This document shows positions 9,267-18,744 of a stretch of 64,000 bases of DNA, in pieces. The stretch spans positions 160,001 to 224,000 of the forward strand of contig CAWHAE010000016.1 of the NCBI GenBank assembly GCA_963827235.1, read 5' to 3'. The first letter of the stretch is position 1; each line of letters begins with the position of its first letter. The DNA comes from an uncultured bacterium (GTDB lineage Bacteria; Chloroflexota; UBA5177; JANWHV01). Below the pieces are notes generated by a model. That model had not been told where the DNA came from. It made no database searches and worked only from the letters and a program-made list of their open reading frames with translations. The position numbers and the translations under genes are program-made.

Positions 9267-11114
9267 GTGAATCTGCTGCTTCGTCGTCCGCGACGGTTCT
9301 TTCTGGCCTACTGGACCGTGATCCTGGTCCTGGCGGTAGTGCTCTTCGCGACCCAGAACGGAAATCCCGCCGTGGCGCCGTCGTCGAAGACGGTGACGCT
9401 GCTGACCGGACAGGTCGTGCACCTGGGCCCGGGGTATGCGCCTCTGCCGGCGTCCGGCCTGGTTGAGAGCAGGGCCACGAGCGACCTACAGGGCGACGAG
9501 ATCGCCTTCCCAAGTGGCCTGCTGTCTCACGCCCATCCATACATCGATCTTCACCTCTTCGATGCAGGCTATCTGGAGCGGCAAGGCTTTGGCGACGCCA
9601 GCTCGTCCATCATGCCGGTCTTTGTTATGTTCGACAATCGCGCCGATGCTCTCGCCGCCTGGAGGCAAGGCACGGTCGAAAACGGCATTCACCTCACTCA
9701 CCTGTTCGAGTATCTGCCTCTGGCTTCCGGCTACGTCGACAAGAAGGGACCGTTTGTGCCATCGGCCGCGCCCCTCGACGCGACGACTGCATCTTCCTCG
9801 GGGCGCTACGATCTCAATGCATCGGCAGGCACGGACGCCGGCGGCGTGACCGGCATTTATCTGGACGACAAGGTGAGCCTGCCCGCCGGCTCCGCGGCCA
9901 ACGGTGACGTTGGTCCGGCCCTCAACGATGCGGTGAGACTCATAGGCGCCGACGTCGCGCACGAGCGCGGTCTCACGGGGACCGGCGTCAAGATCGCCGT
10001 GGTCGATACCGGCATAGATTCCTCGCATCCCGACCTCACCGGAAAGGTCGTCGCGGCCAAGAACTTCAGCGCGGACAGCGATACGCTTGACCACTTCGGA
10101 CACGGCACGCACGTCGCGAGCATCGCAGCCGGTACGGGCGTTGCCAGCGAAGGCAAGTACCAGGGCGTCGCACCCGGAGCGGAGCTGATCAACGCCAAGG
10201 CCCTGAACAGATACGGCACCGGAACGAACGACGGCATCATACGTGCCATGGAGTGGGCGGCCGACCAAGGGGCAAAGGTAATCAACATGAGCCTCGGCGG
10301 GCCGCAATCGGACGGCACAGACGTCATGTCCAGTGCGGTCAATGCGATAAGCAAGACCAAGGGTGTGCTATTCGTGATTGCGGCCGGCAACGCGGGGCCG
10401 CAAAACAAGGTCTCGACTCCCGCGGCGGCCGATATGAGCATCGCGGTAGCGGCGATTGACAAGTCCAGGGACCTGGCCAGCTTCAGCTCTCGAGGACCGC
10501 GCCTGACCAACATGGCGCTCAAGCCCGACATCTCGGCGCCGGGAGTGAAGATCACGGCGGCGCGCGCGAACTACGGTACGGCCGACCCTTATGTCGCGTT
10601 CTCCGGCACGAGCATGGCCTCGCCGATGGTCGCCGGTTCGGCCGCGCTGGTTTGGCAATTGCATCCATCGTGGACTCGCGAGCAGGTGAAGGACGCGCTG
10701 CTCACCTCCGCGGTGCCAATCGGCGGCGACTGCGAGACCTCGGCATTCGATCAGGGAGCAGGTGCCGTCGACCTGCCGGGCATTCTGGATCAGACGGTGA
10801 CGGCCGATCCCGGATCGGTGAGTTTCGGCATCGTGAAGAACTCAGCGTCGAAGGATCTGACGCTCCAGAATCTCACCGGCACGTCGATGACCTTGACCGT
10901 GAAGGCGTCGCTGTGTCAAGCGGGCAAACCGGACGGCACCCTGGAAGTCACGCCGTCACAGGTAACGATACCCGCCGCGTCCGCAGGTGGCTCGCAAGCC
11001 GTTGTCGCCAAAGTCACGGGCTTCAAGAAGTCCGGCACGTTCACCGGCGAAATCCTCGTCGAGAACGGCAGCAAAGTGGTGGCACGAGAAGCAGTCGGCC
11101 TGGTGGTCAAATAA
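9267..11114 (+). CDS. S8 (subtilisin-like) serine peptidase, exported or membrane-anchored, with C-terminal Ig-like region
   Basis: GTG 9267 after GGAGG; N-terminal hydrophobic helix; catalytic VVDTGID, GHGTHVAS, AAGN, SGTSMASP. Confidence 0.93.
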   Translation: MNLLLRRPRRFFLAYWTVILVLAVVLFATQNGNPAVAPSSKTVTLLTGQVVHLGPGYAPLPASGLVESRATSDLQGDEIAFPSGLLSHAHPYIDLHLFDAGYLERQGFGDASSSIMPVFVMFDNRADALAAWRQGTVENGIHLTHLFEYLPLASGYVDKKGPFVPSAAPLDATTASSSGRYDLNASAGTDAGGVTGIYLDDKVSLPAGSAANGDVGPALNDAVRLIGADVAHERGLTGTGVKIAVVDTGIDSSHPDLTGKVVAAKNFSADSDTLDHFGHGTHVASIAAGTGVASEGKYQGVAPGAELINAKALNRYGTGTNDGIIRAMEWAADQGAKVINMSLGGPQSDGTDVMSSAVNAISKTKGVLFVIAAGNAGPQNKVSTPAAADMSIAVAAIDKSRDLASFSSRGPRLTNMALKPDISAPGVKITAARANYGTADPYVAFSGTSMASPMVAGSAALVWQLHPSWTREQVKDALLTSAVPIGGDCETSAFDQGAGAVDLPGILDQTVTADPGSVSFGIVKNSASKDLTLQNLTGTSMTLTVKASLCQAGKPDGTLEVTPSQVTIPAASAGGSQAVVAKVTGFKKSGTFTGEILVENGSKVVAREAVGLVVK

Positions 11115-11134
11115 CACTGGGGAGGAAACGGAGC

Positions 11135-11383
11135 ATGAGCAAGGAAGGCCAGGTCGGCCGGGCCAAGAAGGACTTGGCCGGCTACCTGAAGGTCGACGAG
11201 AACAGTATTCGCGTGAAGGGTGTCAGGTCGACTCAATGGCCCAACGCCTCGCTGGGCAAAGAGGAGCCCGGCATGAGCTTTGCCATGGTCATGATCGACG
11301 GCTACGTCATCGATCTCGAGGCCAAGGGCAAGAACTACACGTACAATGCCGACGACGATCGCAGAGTAATACGCGCCTGGTGA
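11135..11383 (+). CDS. Small 82-aa protein (WPxxSLGxxxPG...GYxIxLE motif family)
   Basis: ATG 11135 with GGAGG/GGAG upstream, 20 nt after the S8 stop; MSKEGQVGRAKKDLAGYLKV...WPNASLGKEEPG...GYVIDLEAKGKNYTY. Confidence 0.8.
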   Translation: MSKEGQVGRAKKDLAGYLKVDENSIRVKGVRSTQWPNASLGKEEPGMSFAMVMIDGYVIDLEAKGKNYTYNADDDRRVIRAW

Positions 11384-11443
11384 ACGCGACGAGCCGCTCG
11401 CGCGACAGAATGGGCGGCCGATCGAGATAGCCCGACCAAGGTG

Positions 11444-12715
11444 TCAGGGATAGATGCCCCGGTAAGCGGTTGAATCGGCCGCTACCTTGAGTGCACGGGC
11501 ATGTGCCGCCGTCCGATAGCTGACGCCGAGCTGGTCGTGCGTGTACTGCACCGCATCGAAGGCCTCTTCCATCACCGACGCAAGGCGATCCAGTACCTCG
11601 TGCTTGGACCAGAAGCTCTCTTGCAGCGATTGCACCCATTCGAAGTAGGAGACGGCGGCTCCGCCGCTGCCGGCCAGGATCTCGGGCAGGACGGTCACGC
11701 CTCTGTCGGCCAGAATGAGATCTGCTTCCTCGGTCGTGGGGCCAAGGGCTGCTTCCACCACGACGCGGGCTCGTACGCGCGGCGCGTTCGACGCCACGAT
11801 CTGATTCCCGACCGCCGCCGGTATCAGCACGTCGCAGTCGCAGATCAGCAGATCGGCATTACTCAGCGCGTCGCAGTCGGGAAACTCGCTCATGCCGCCG
11901 CGATTGCGCACATGGCGAAGCAATTCCGGAATGTCCAGGCCACGGGTGCTGTAGATGCCTCCGCTCGAATCACTGACCGCCACGACAGAGCAGCCCATGT
12001 CGTGGAGCAGCAGAGCCGCGGTTGAGCCGACCTCACCGAAACCCTGGATGGCAACCCGGCAGCCCGCGATGTCGAATCCTGCCTGTCCTGCCCAGCGCCG
12101 CAACGCAAACCATGCGCCGTACGCGGTAGCCTCGATGCCGGCTTCGGAGCCCCCCAGTGCCACGTCTTTCCCGGTAACGATCGCCGGCACCGAGTAGCCA
12201 ACGTGCATGCTGTAGGTGTCCATGATCCACGCCATGACCTGGCCATCCGTGTTGAGATCCGGCATGGTTATATCGGCGGTCGGACCTATTATGGGGGCAA
12301 GCTCAGTGGTGTACCGCCGGGTCAGGCGTTCGAGTTCCTTCGCCGACATTCGCCCCGGTTCGCACACAACCGAACCCGCTGAGCCGCCGAAGGGGAGGTT
12401 GAGCAGCGCGCACCGCCACGTCATGAGCATCGCCAGCGCGGTGACCTCGTCGACATCGGCGGATAGGTGGTACCGCAGTCCGCCGAGCGCTGGTCCGCGA
12501 GTGATATTGTGCTGCACTCTGTAGCCGGTGAACACGTCCACCTCGCCGCTATCCATCTCGATGGGCACTTGCACGGCGAAGATGCGCTTGGGCGTGCGCA
12601 GGACACGCCGGAGACTCGCATCCAGATCTAGAATGGACGCGGCCGCGTCGAACTGCCGCAACGCGATGGCGAACAACTCAGAACCCGCCGAGGCCGTGCC
12701 GGCCGGGATGCTCAT
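11444..12715 (-). CDS. Glu/Leu/Phe/Val dehydrogenase homolog, probably catalytically inactive
   Basis: GYRVQHN, MAWIMDTYS, VTGK, VSYFEWVQ and RGIYP are present, but the active-site lysines are replaced (GPALGG, MTWRC, GGSAG). ATG 12715 with GGGGAGAGG upstream. Confidence 0.9.
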   Translation of the reverse strand: MSIPAGTASAGSELFAIALRQFDAAASILDLDASLRRVLRTPKRIFAVQVPIEMDSGEVDVFTGYRVQHNITRGPALGGLRYHLSADVDEVTALAMLMTWRCALLNLPFGGSAGSVVCEPGRMSAKELERLTRRYTTELAPIIGPTADITMPDLNTDGQVMAWIMDTYSMHVGYSVPAIVTGKDVALGGSEAGIEATAYGAWFALRRWAGQAGFDIAGCRVAIQGFGEVGSTAALLLHDMGCSVVAVSDSSGGIYSTRGLDIPELLRHVRNRGGMSEFPDCDALSNADLLICDCDVLIPAAVGNQIVASNAPRVRARVVVEAALGPTTEEADLILADRGVTVLPEILAGSGGAAVSYFEWVQSLQESFWSKHEVLDRLASVMEEAFDAVQYTHDQLGVSYRTAAHARALKVAADSTAYRGIYP

Positions 12716-12865
12716 GCGCCTCTCCCCTTCGTGCGAGCACATCGATCAGGCAACCTGCCTGGCTCCTCCCGGACAGCACATCCACGATAAAGCGATCTTC
12801 ACGCGTCGCAAACAGGACTCAGCGGAGCAAAGGCGGCTAGACGCCACGCCGAAGGAATCGAGAGA

Positions 12866-13087
12866 TCAGGCGACCTCTTCGGCCTGCCAGCGGCCGCCCT
12901 TGCGGTCGATGACCATCGGCTGATTGCAGCTATCGCAGTACACTTCCATGCCCTCAAGTGGGAAGAACACCCCGACGTTACTTCCGCAGTGCGGGCACTC
13001 GGCCCGGGCGTATGCACCCTTGGCCTTGCTGACGACCTGATAGGCGACGACCCCGCCAACGGCGAGTCCGGCAAGTCTCCAGAGCAT
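12866..13087 (-). CDS. Small membrane-anchored zinc-ribbon protein
   Basis: AAGGAG RBS; MLWRLAGLAVGGVVAYQVV (TM), then CPHCG...CDSC. Confidence 0.7.
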   Translation of the reverse strand: MLWRLAGLAVGGVVAYQVVSKAKGAYARAECPHCGSNVGVFFPLEGMEVYCDSCNQPMVIDRKGGRWQAEEVA

Positions 13088-13303
13088 CGTTTCGAACTCC
13101 TTCCGGCGCATCTCTGCCCGACTCGGGCACGCACCTCGTCTGCTTGGTTGATTATCCGCCATCGCTGAGCCATCTAGCAAGGTGCGCCATGATCAGGCGC
13201 ACAGGCGCCGTCCGCCGTCATCCTGTGGCCGCGCGATGGGCTCTGCAAGATGATCGTCAGACCTTCTAGGTCAATTCGGGGCTCGGTGTACATTGAGGAT
13301 GAG

Positions 13304-14224
13304 ATGCGGTTCAGAATCGGCACCAGGGGCAGCGCGCTGGCAAGAACGCAGGCGGAGTACGCCGTCGACTTGCTCGCCGGTCGTCTTCCGGGTGCCGAAT
13401 GTGCAGTGCATATCGTGCGCTCTCTCGGCGACGCTTCGCCTACCGTTCCGCTCGACCGGCTTGGCGCCCAGGGTGTGTTCACCCAGGCACTGGAGCAGGC
13501 CCTGGCGGACGGCTCCATAGACGTCGCGGTTCATTCCGCGAAGGATCTCCCCAGCTCTCTATCGGATCGGTTCGCGCTCGCGGCCATCACCGCCCGCGAG
13601 GATCCCCGAGACTGCTTGGTGTCGCGATACGGAGTCTCGCTGGCGGATCTGCCCCTCGGAGCGACAGTCGGTACTGGAAGTCCTCGCCGGATCTCGCAGC
13701 TCAGACTGCTCCGCCCCGACCTCCGGTTCGTTCCCATGCGCGGCAACGTGGACTCCCGCCGGGCGGCCGCACTCGAGGGCAAGCTGGACGCGGTTATTCT
13801 GGCCGTGGCCGGGCTGTCCCGGCTCGGCCTGCTGGACGACCGTGCGGTCGCCCTCGACATCGATCAGTGCCTGCCGCAGGCTGGTCAGGGAGCACTCGCC
13901 CTCGAGGTTCTTGCCCACAAGCGGGTGGTTCTCGAGGCCGTGCGGCTGGTCGACTGTGCCGACGCACGCGTCTGCGTGGAGGCCGAGCGGGCGGTGCTTG
14001 CCGGGTTAGCAGCCGGGTGCCAGGCACCCGTAGCCGCGCACGCCACGCTCATAGGCACCTCGACCGTGAGGCTGCGCGCCTACGCCGGCGCCGGAGAAGG
14101 GCCGGTGCTCCATGCGGATCGCAGTGCGCCCGCGCGTCAGGCAGCGTCTCTTGGTCTCGAAGTGGCGCGGGAGCTGCGAGCGCGCGGTGCGGACGACATT
14201 CTGGCTGCAGCTCGGCACGCCTAG
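13304..14224 (+). CDS. hemC: Hydroxymethylbilane synthase (porphobilinogen deaminase)
   Basis: RIGTRGSALA, DVAVHSAKDLP, REDPRD, GTGSPRR, RGNVDSR, GQGALA, AGCQAP (cofactor Cys). Confidence 0.96.
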   Translation: MRFRIGTRGSALARTQAEYAVDLLAGRLPGAECAVHIVRSLGDASPTVPLDRLGAQGVFTQALEQALADGSIDVAVHSAKDLPSSLSDRFALAAITAREDPRDCLVSRYGVSLADLPLGATVGTGSPRRISQLRLLRPDLRFVPMRGNVDSRRAAALEGKLDAVILAVAGLSRLGLLDDRAVALDIDQCLPQAGQGALALEVLAHKRVVLEAVRLVDCADARVCVEAERAVLAGLAAGCQAPVAAHATLIGTSTVRLRAYAGAGEGPVLHADRSAPARQAASLGLEVARELRARGADDILAAARHA

Positions 14225-14306
14225 ATAGCAACGGCCAGCGCGCGATCCGCTTGGACGCAGACAACCCTCTACGCCTCGGTAGCCCAGCCTCCGGGTCGGC
14301 GCGCCG

Positions 14307-14717
14307 CTATTTCACCCAGGCCGTCATGCTGCTCCGGCATACGCGACAGCGAAACGAAAACCCGCCTGCCAGGTCTGTGCGTCTCACGTAGTACGCCTGA
14401 TCGTTATGGCAGGTCGGACACTCCGCGTAGCCAAAGTCGAAGTCCTGGCAAGAGAACTCCCTGCCTTCGGTCACCGCCGGCAATATCGTCGACGTCGAAA
14501 GCACGGCCAGCTCGACAATGGTCTCTTCGATCCTGAGCGAGCGTTCGAAGACGATACCATCGGCTTCAATGCCTTCGACGGCGCCGGTCTCTTGAGTAGA
14601 CACCAGCGAATGGCCGGCGCCCGCCATAGGCGAGCCCAACATGGCGTGAAACGTGGCGTCAGTTAGCTTCGCCTTGCGCTTGCGAGCATTCCCCCCCGCG
14701 AACCGTCCACGATGCAC
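14307..14717 (-). CDS. Hypothetical protein with C-terminal zinc ribbon
   Basis: GTG 14717 after GGAGAGGAG; ends ...ECPTCHND...FRCRVCRSSMTAWVK. Confidence 0.55.
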   Translation of the reverse strand: MHRGRFAGGNARKRKAKLTDATFHAMLGSPMAGAGHSLVSTQETGAVEGIEADGIVFERSLRIEETIVELAVLSTSTILPAVTEGREFSCQDFDFGYAECPTCHNDQAYYVRRTDLAGGFSFRCRVCRSSMTAWVK

Positions 14718-14722
14718 AAGCG

Positions 14723-14995
14723 CTACTCCTCTCCGAGCTGGGATCCGACGCTCACCGGGTAGGCCGACGCGCAGACCCACTCTTGAAAAGCATCGACGCT
14801 TCCGAAGCCCTTGACAATACTGGCACAGCACTCTTCCGAGCACAAAAACAGATGGCCGTTATAGAACCGGCCGACATCGTCGCTGTAGTAGCGCCGCCTG
14901 CCCGACACCGCGCTGGCGATACACACCAGCACAACCGGCCGGCCGCAACACGCACAGAAACGCGTGAGCCTGCTGCCGCCCACAAACCCCTCCAT
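14723..14995 (-). CDS. Small Cys-rich (TRASH/YHS-like) metal-binding protein
   Basis: FCACCGRPV...GRFYNGHLFLCSEECC; its 3' end carries the RBS of the next ORF. Confidence 0.5.
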   Translation of the reverse strand: MEGFVGGSRLTRFCACCGRPVVLVCIASAVSGRRRYYSDDVGRFYNGHLFLCSEECCASIVKGFGSVDAFQEWVCASAYPVSVGSQLGEE

Positions 14996-15388
14996 GCAGG
15001 CGTACTGCTCGGCGAGGCAACACCGGGCGCACTAATCACTGGCCGGCACGTAACCTGCCAGCAAGACCGGTCGCTGCTCGACCAGCTCGATCAAAGCTGC
15101 CCCAGTTCTACTGTATCACGACCGCACTCACGCGACGGTGTCCCAGTGCCCCAGCGGCACGCATCGCGCGCAAACGACCCGCGCTGCCGGGCCGAGCGGC
15201 AGGTTCATCCGGGTTTCATCGGCACCGGGCTAGTGTACCCAGTAGGCCGTTCCGGTTAACAGGGTGATGCGTGTATAGTGGTCATAGAGGCTCAAGACTC
15301 GGACGGCTTCGAGACCGGCATCCGTCGACAACGGCCATCTGCCGTGGCGGATTCTGCGCAGCTTCCGGGCGGTTAAGGAGACACGGCG

Positions 15389-15793
15389 ATGCCCAACCTG
15401 TTTGAATCCGGAATCGAGACGGTGCATGTGACCTGCGGCTCATGCGGGGCGCCGCTCGAGCTGGCCGCAAGTGCGCTGAGCGTATTTGGGACCGGCGAGG
15501 CAGTTCTCTGCATGGACTGCATGCTGCGTGAGGGCAGCGATGTGTCCGCCGACATCACGGTACCCCTTACGGAGCGCATTCGCCTGATCGACGACACGGT
15601 CGAAGAGTTCTCCGCCCACCTTCGAAACGTGCTGGTCCGCTGCATAAAGCCCGATCTGACGTGGAACCGCGAATACGGCGTTGAAGGCTGGTCCGATCCC
15701 GTCGACGTTGTGGCAGCGGCGTATGCGCCCGGCATGTGGTATGCCTTAAGAGGACGGATTAGCCGGCGAGGCCTGCCGCCCTCCGGAAACTAA
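15389..15793 (+). CDS. Hypothetical protein with N-terminal zinc ribbon
   Basis: TAAGGAG RBS; VTCGSCGAP...VLCMDC. Confidence 0.7.
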   Translation: MPNLFESGIETVHVTCGSCGAPLELAASALSVFGTGEAVLCMDCMLREGSDVSADITVPLTERIRLIDDTVEEFSAHLRNVLVRCIKPDLTWNREYGVEGWSDPVDVVAAAYAPGMWYALRGRISRRGLPPSGN

Positions 15794-15979
15794 CCGCGCA
15801 CGTCTCGGGGGCGCTCATGGGCGTCACGCCGAGCGCAGGTTGATCACCGCCGATACCCGGAGGCATGCCCGCCGAGATCCCTTCCGGCAGAGCGTGCCGG
15901 CGTGCTCTGCCGCTTCCGACGTGCAGATCAGTCAATCGACGATGCGCGAAATGATCGCGTGCCTGATTCGGCGTGGGTT

Positions 15980-18706
15980 ATGACGCAAGAAGATGTTGGC
16001 GCGCCCCTGCGGCGCGATATTCGGCTGCTCGGCGAGCTGCTAGGACGGGTGATCATCCAGCAAGCCGGACCGGCGGTATTCGAACGTGAAGAAGAGCTTC
16101 GCGCGCTCTCCAAGGCCATGCGCAGCGGTGACAGTCCAGGCAGCGAGGCGCGGGTGCTCGAGATCGTGCAGCACACGCCACTCGAGGATGCTGAGCCGCT
16201 TATCCGTGCCTTCGCGATCTACTTCCAGCTTGTCAACGTGTGCGAGCAGGTACACAGGATCAGGCGGCGCCGCCACTACCTGCTCGACGAGGCCGCGCCG
16301 CCGCAGCGCGAGTCGTTCGAGGAAGCGGTGCTCAAGCTGAAGGCGCGAGGCGCCTCCAGCGCCGATGTTGCGGTCGCCATCGATCAGCTGGCCATCGAGC
16401 TGGTGCTAACCGCGCACCCTACTGAGCCAACCCGCGATTCAGCCCTGCGAAAGCACATACAGATTGCCGAGTGCCTCACGGCACTCGACTCGCCGGTCCT
16501 CACCAGCGAGGAGCGTGAGTCCCTCATGCTGCGACTCCACCAGCTTGTCCTCCTGCTCTGGCAGACCGAGGAGATTCGCCGGCGACCTCCAGAGGTGCTG
16601 GATGAGGTCAAGTCGTCCCTCTTCTACGTCGAGAACACGCTGTTCGACGAGGTGCCGGCGCTGTTCTCGCGTTGCGAGCGGATACTGAGCCGCGTCTACC
16701 CGGACCACGATTGGCGCGTCCCGGCATACCTCCGCTTCGCGAGCTGGATCGGCGGCGACGCCGACGGGAATCCCTCGGTGACCGTCGCTGTGACGAAGGA
16801 AACGCTGATCTTGCAGAAGACACTGGCGGTGAGGCTGTACCGCGATGCCATCAAGGGGCTGGCGAACGAGTTCAGCCAGACGGACCGGTTCGCTCAAGTG
16901 TCTCATGAGCTGGTGAGCTCGTTTGAGCGGGATGCCGAGATCATGCCCGTGACGACCGAGCTCGTGGCGATGCGCGGACAACACGAGCCGTATCGGCGGA
17001 AATGCACGCACATCTGGCACCGGCTCGTCGATTCCGAGGCGGCCTTGAATGGACAACCGGCAGAGGCGCCGTACACCTCAACCGATGAGCTTCTCACCGA
17101 TCTTCGTGCCGTCGAGTCCAGCCTGCGCGACACCGGCAACGCAATTCTCGTCGACGGTGCCTTGCGGACGCTCATCTACCAGGTGGAGGCATTCGGGCTC
17201 CACCTGCTGCCGCTCGACCTGCGGCAGCACAGCGCGAACCTTGCCGCCGCCGTGGCCTGGTGCGTCGACCAAGCGCTCCACGTCGACTATCTGCACCTGG
17301 ACGACGAGGGACGCCTCAGGGCGCTTCGACGGTCTGCCGCCGAGGGCATCGCGATCGGTCCGCGGGAGACTTCACCGCCGGCGGTCGCCAACGAGCTTGA
17401 CATTGGCGGGCTCATCAACTGGGCGCGCTGTGCGATCGGCGAGCAGGCGATATCCTCCGTGATCATCAGCATGGCCCACTCTGCCAGCGACATCCTGGGC
17501 ACGCTCGCGCTGTGCGGTTTCGCGCCTAGACTGCAGATCGTCCCCCTGTTTGAGACCATAGAGGATCTGCGAAGAGCGCCGCAGCTGATCCGGCAGGTCT
17601 TCCGCGAGCCGCTCTATCGCAAGCACCTAGCGACGTGCGACGATCGGCAGCGAATCATGCTGGGCTATTCAGACAGCAGCAAGGACGGCGGCTACCTGAC
17701 TTCGACGTGGGAGCTCTATAAGGCGCAGGAAGCCCTGCAGGCTGCCGCTCAAGCCGAGGGAATTGAGCTCGAGCTATTCCACGGCCGTGGCGGCACCGTA
17801 GGGCGCGGCGGCGGGCCCGCTTACCAGGCGATCCTGGCCCAGCCGCCCGACACCGTGCGCGGCCGGCTCCGCTTCACGGAGCAGGGAGAGATGATCAACC
17901 TGAAGTACGGCCTTCCTGCCATAGCACTGCGAAACCTGGACAGTGCGGCCGCGGCGACGCTGCTGGCGACGAGCCCCTTCGGCCATGCTGCCGACAAGCG
18001 GGACGCTGAGTGGCTCGATCTGATGGAACGGCTCTCGCGCTGTGCGTTCTCCGCCTACCGGCACCTGATCGAGCAGCCGGGCTTCCAGCAATATCTGCAT
18101 GAGGCAACGCCGCTCGAGCTGATCGGGCGCCTCAACATCGGCTCGCGGCCGGCTCGCCGCCATTCAGGCGCCGACCTGGCCGATCTGCGGGCCATACCCT
18201 GGGTATTTGCCTGGATGCAGAGCAGGCACACGCTTCCGGGCTGGTTCGGCCTCGGCAGCGCACTGAGCGATGCGATCCGAGCGGACGCCGGCAACGAGGG
18301 GACCCTGAGAAACATGTACGTCCGCTGGCCGTTCTTCCGCACGCTGGTAGACAACGCGATGATGGCCATGTCCAAGGCCGACATCCACATTGCGGCGCAC
18401 TACAGTGGCTTGGTACGGAACCAGACACTCGCGCAGCGACTGTTCAAGATCATCGCCGGCGAACACCGGTTGTCGGAGCGCATGGTCTTGCGCATCACCG
18501 GCCTGTCCCGCCTGCTCGAGAACTCGCCGGTTCTCCAGGCCTCTATCACCCGTCGCAACCCGTACGTCGACCCGCTCAGCTTTCTACAGGTAGAGTTGCT
18601 GCGAAGGCTGCGGAGCCACGCCGGGTCGCCGGAGGAACGCGAGATCGCGCGCATCGTGCAGCTCACCATTGGTGGAATCGCCGCGGGCCTGCGCAACACG
18701 GGCTAG
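15980..18706 (+). CDS. ppc: Phosphoenolpyruvate carboxylase
   Basis: VLTAHPT, SWIGGDADGNP, IMLGYSDSSKDGG, FHGRGGTVGRGG, LRAIPWVF, GLRNTG C-terminus; start approximate. Confidence 0.98.
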   Translation: MTQEDVGAPLRRDIRLLGELLGRVIIQQAGPAVFEREEELRALSKAMRSGDSPGSEARVLEIVQHTPLEDAEPLIRAFAIYFQLVNVCEQVHRIRRRRHYLLDEAAPPQRESFEEAVLKLKARGASSADVAVAIDQLAIELVLTAHPTEPTRDSALRKHIQIAECLTALDSPVLTSEERESLMLRLHQLVLLLWQTEEIRRRPPEVLDEVKSSLFYVENTLFDEVPALFSRCERILSRVYPDHDWRVPAYLRFASWIGGDADGNPSVTVAVTKETLILQKTLAVRLYRDAIKGLANEFSQTDRFAQVSHELVSSFERDAEIMPVTTELVAMRGQHEPYRRKCTHIWHRLVDSEAALNGQPAEAPYTSTDELLTDLRAVESSLRDTGNAILVDGALRTLIYQVEAFGLHLLPLDLRQHSANLAAAVAWCVDQALHVDYLHLDDEGRLRALRRSAAEGIAIGPRETSPPAVANELDIGGLINWARCAIGEQAISSVIISMAHSASDILGTLALCGFAPRLQIVPLFETIEDLRRAPQLIRQVFREPLYRKHLATCDDRQRIMLGYSDSSKDGGYLTSTWELYKAQEALQAAAQAEGIELELFHGRGGTVGRGGGPAYQAILAQPPDTVRGRLRFTEQGEMINLKYGLPAIALRNLDSAAAATLLATSPFGHAADKRDAEWLDLMERLSRCAFSAYRHLIEQPGFQQYLHEATPLELIGRLNIGSRPARRHSGADLADLRAIPWVFAWMQSRHTLPGWFGLGSALSDAIRADAGNEGTLRNMYVRWPFFRTLVDNAMMAMSKADIHIAAHYSGLVRNQTLAQRLFKIIAGEHRLSERMVLRITGLSRLLENSPVLQASITRRNPYVDPLSFLQVELLRRLRSHAGSPEEREIARIVQLTIGGIAAGLRNTG

Positions 18707-18744
18707 GCGACGCGCGGCACGATCGGGCGGCAGCCGACAAACGT

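Noticed and set aside
15280-15388. Small hairpins in the leader of the 15389 gene
   Set aside because: Stems of about 5 bp in GC-rich DNA are not enough evidence
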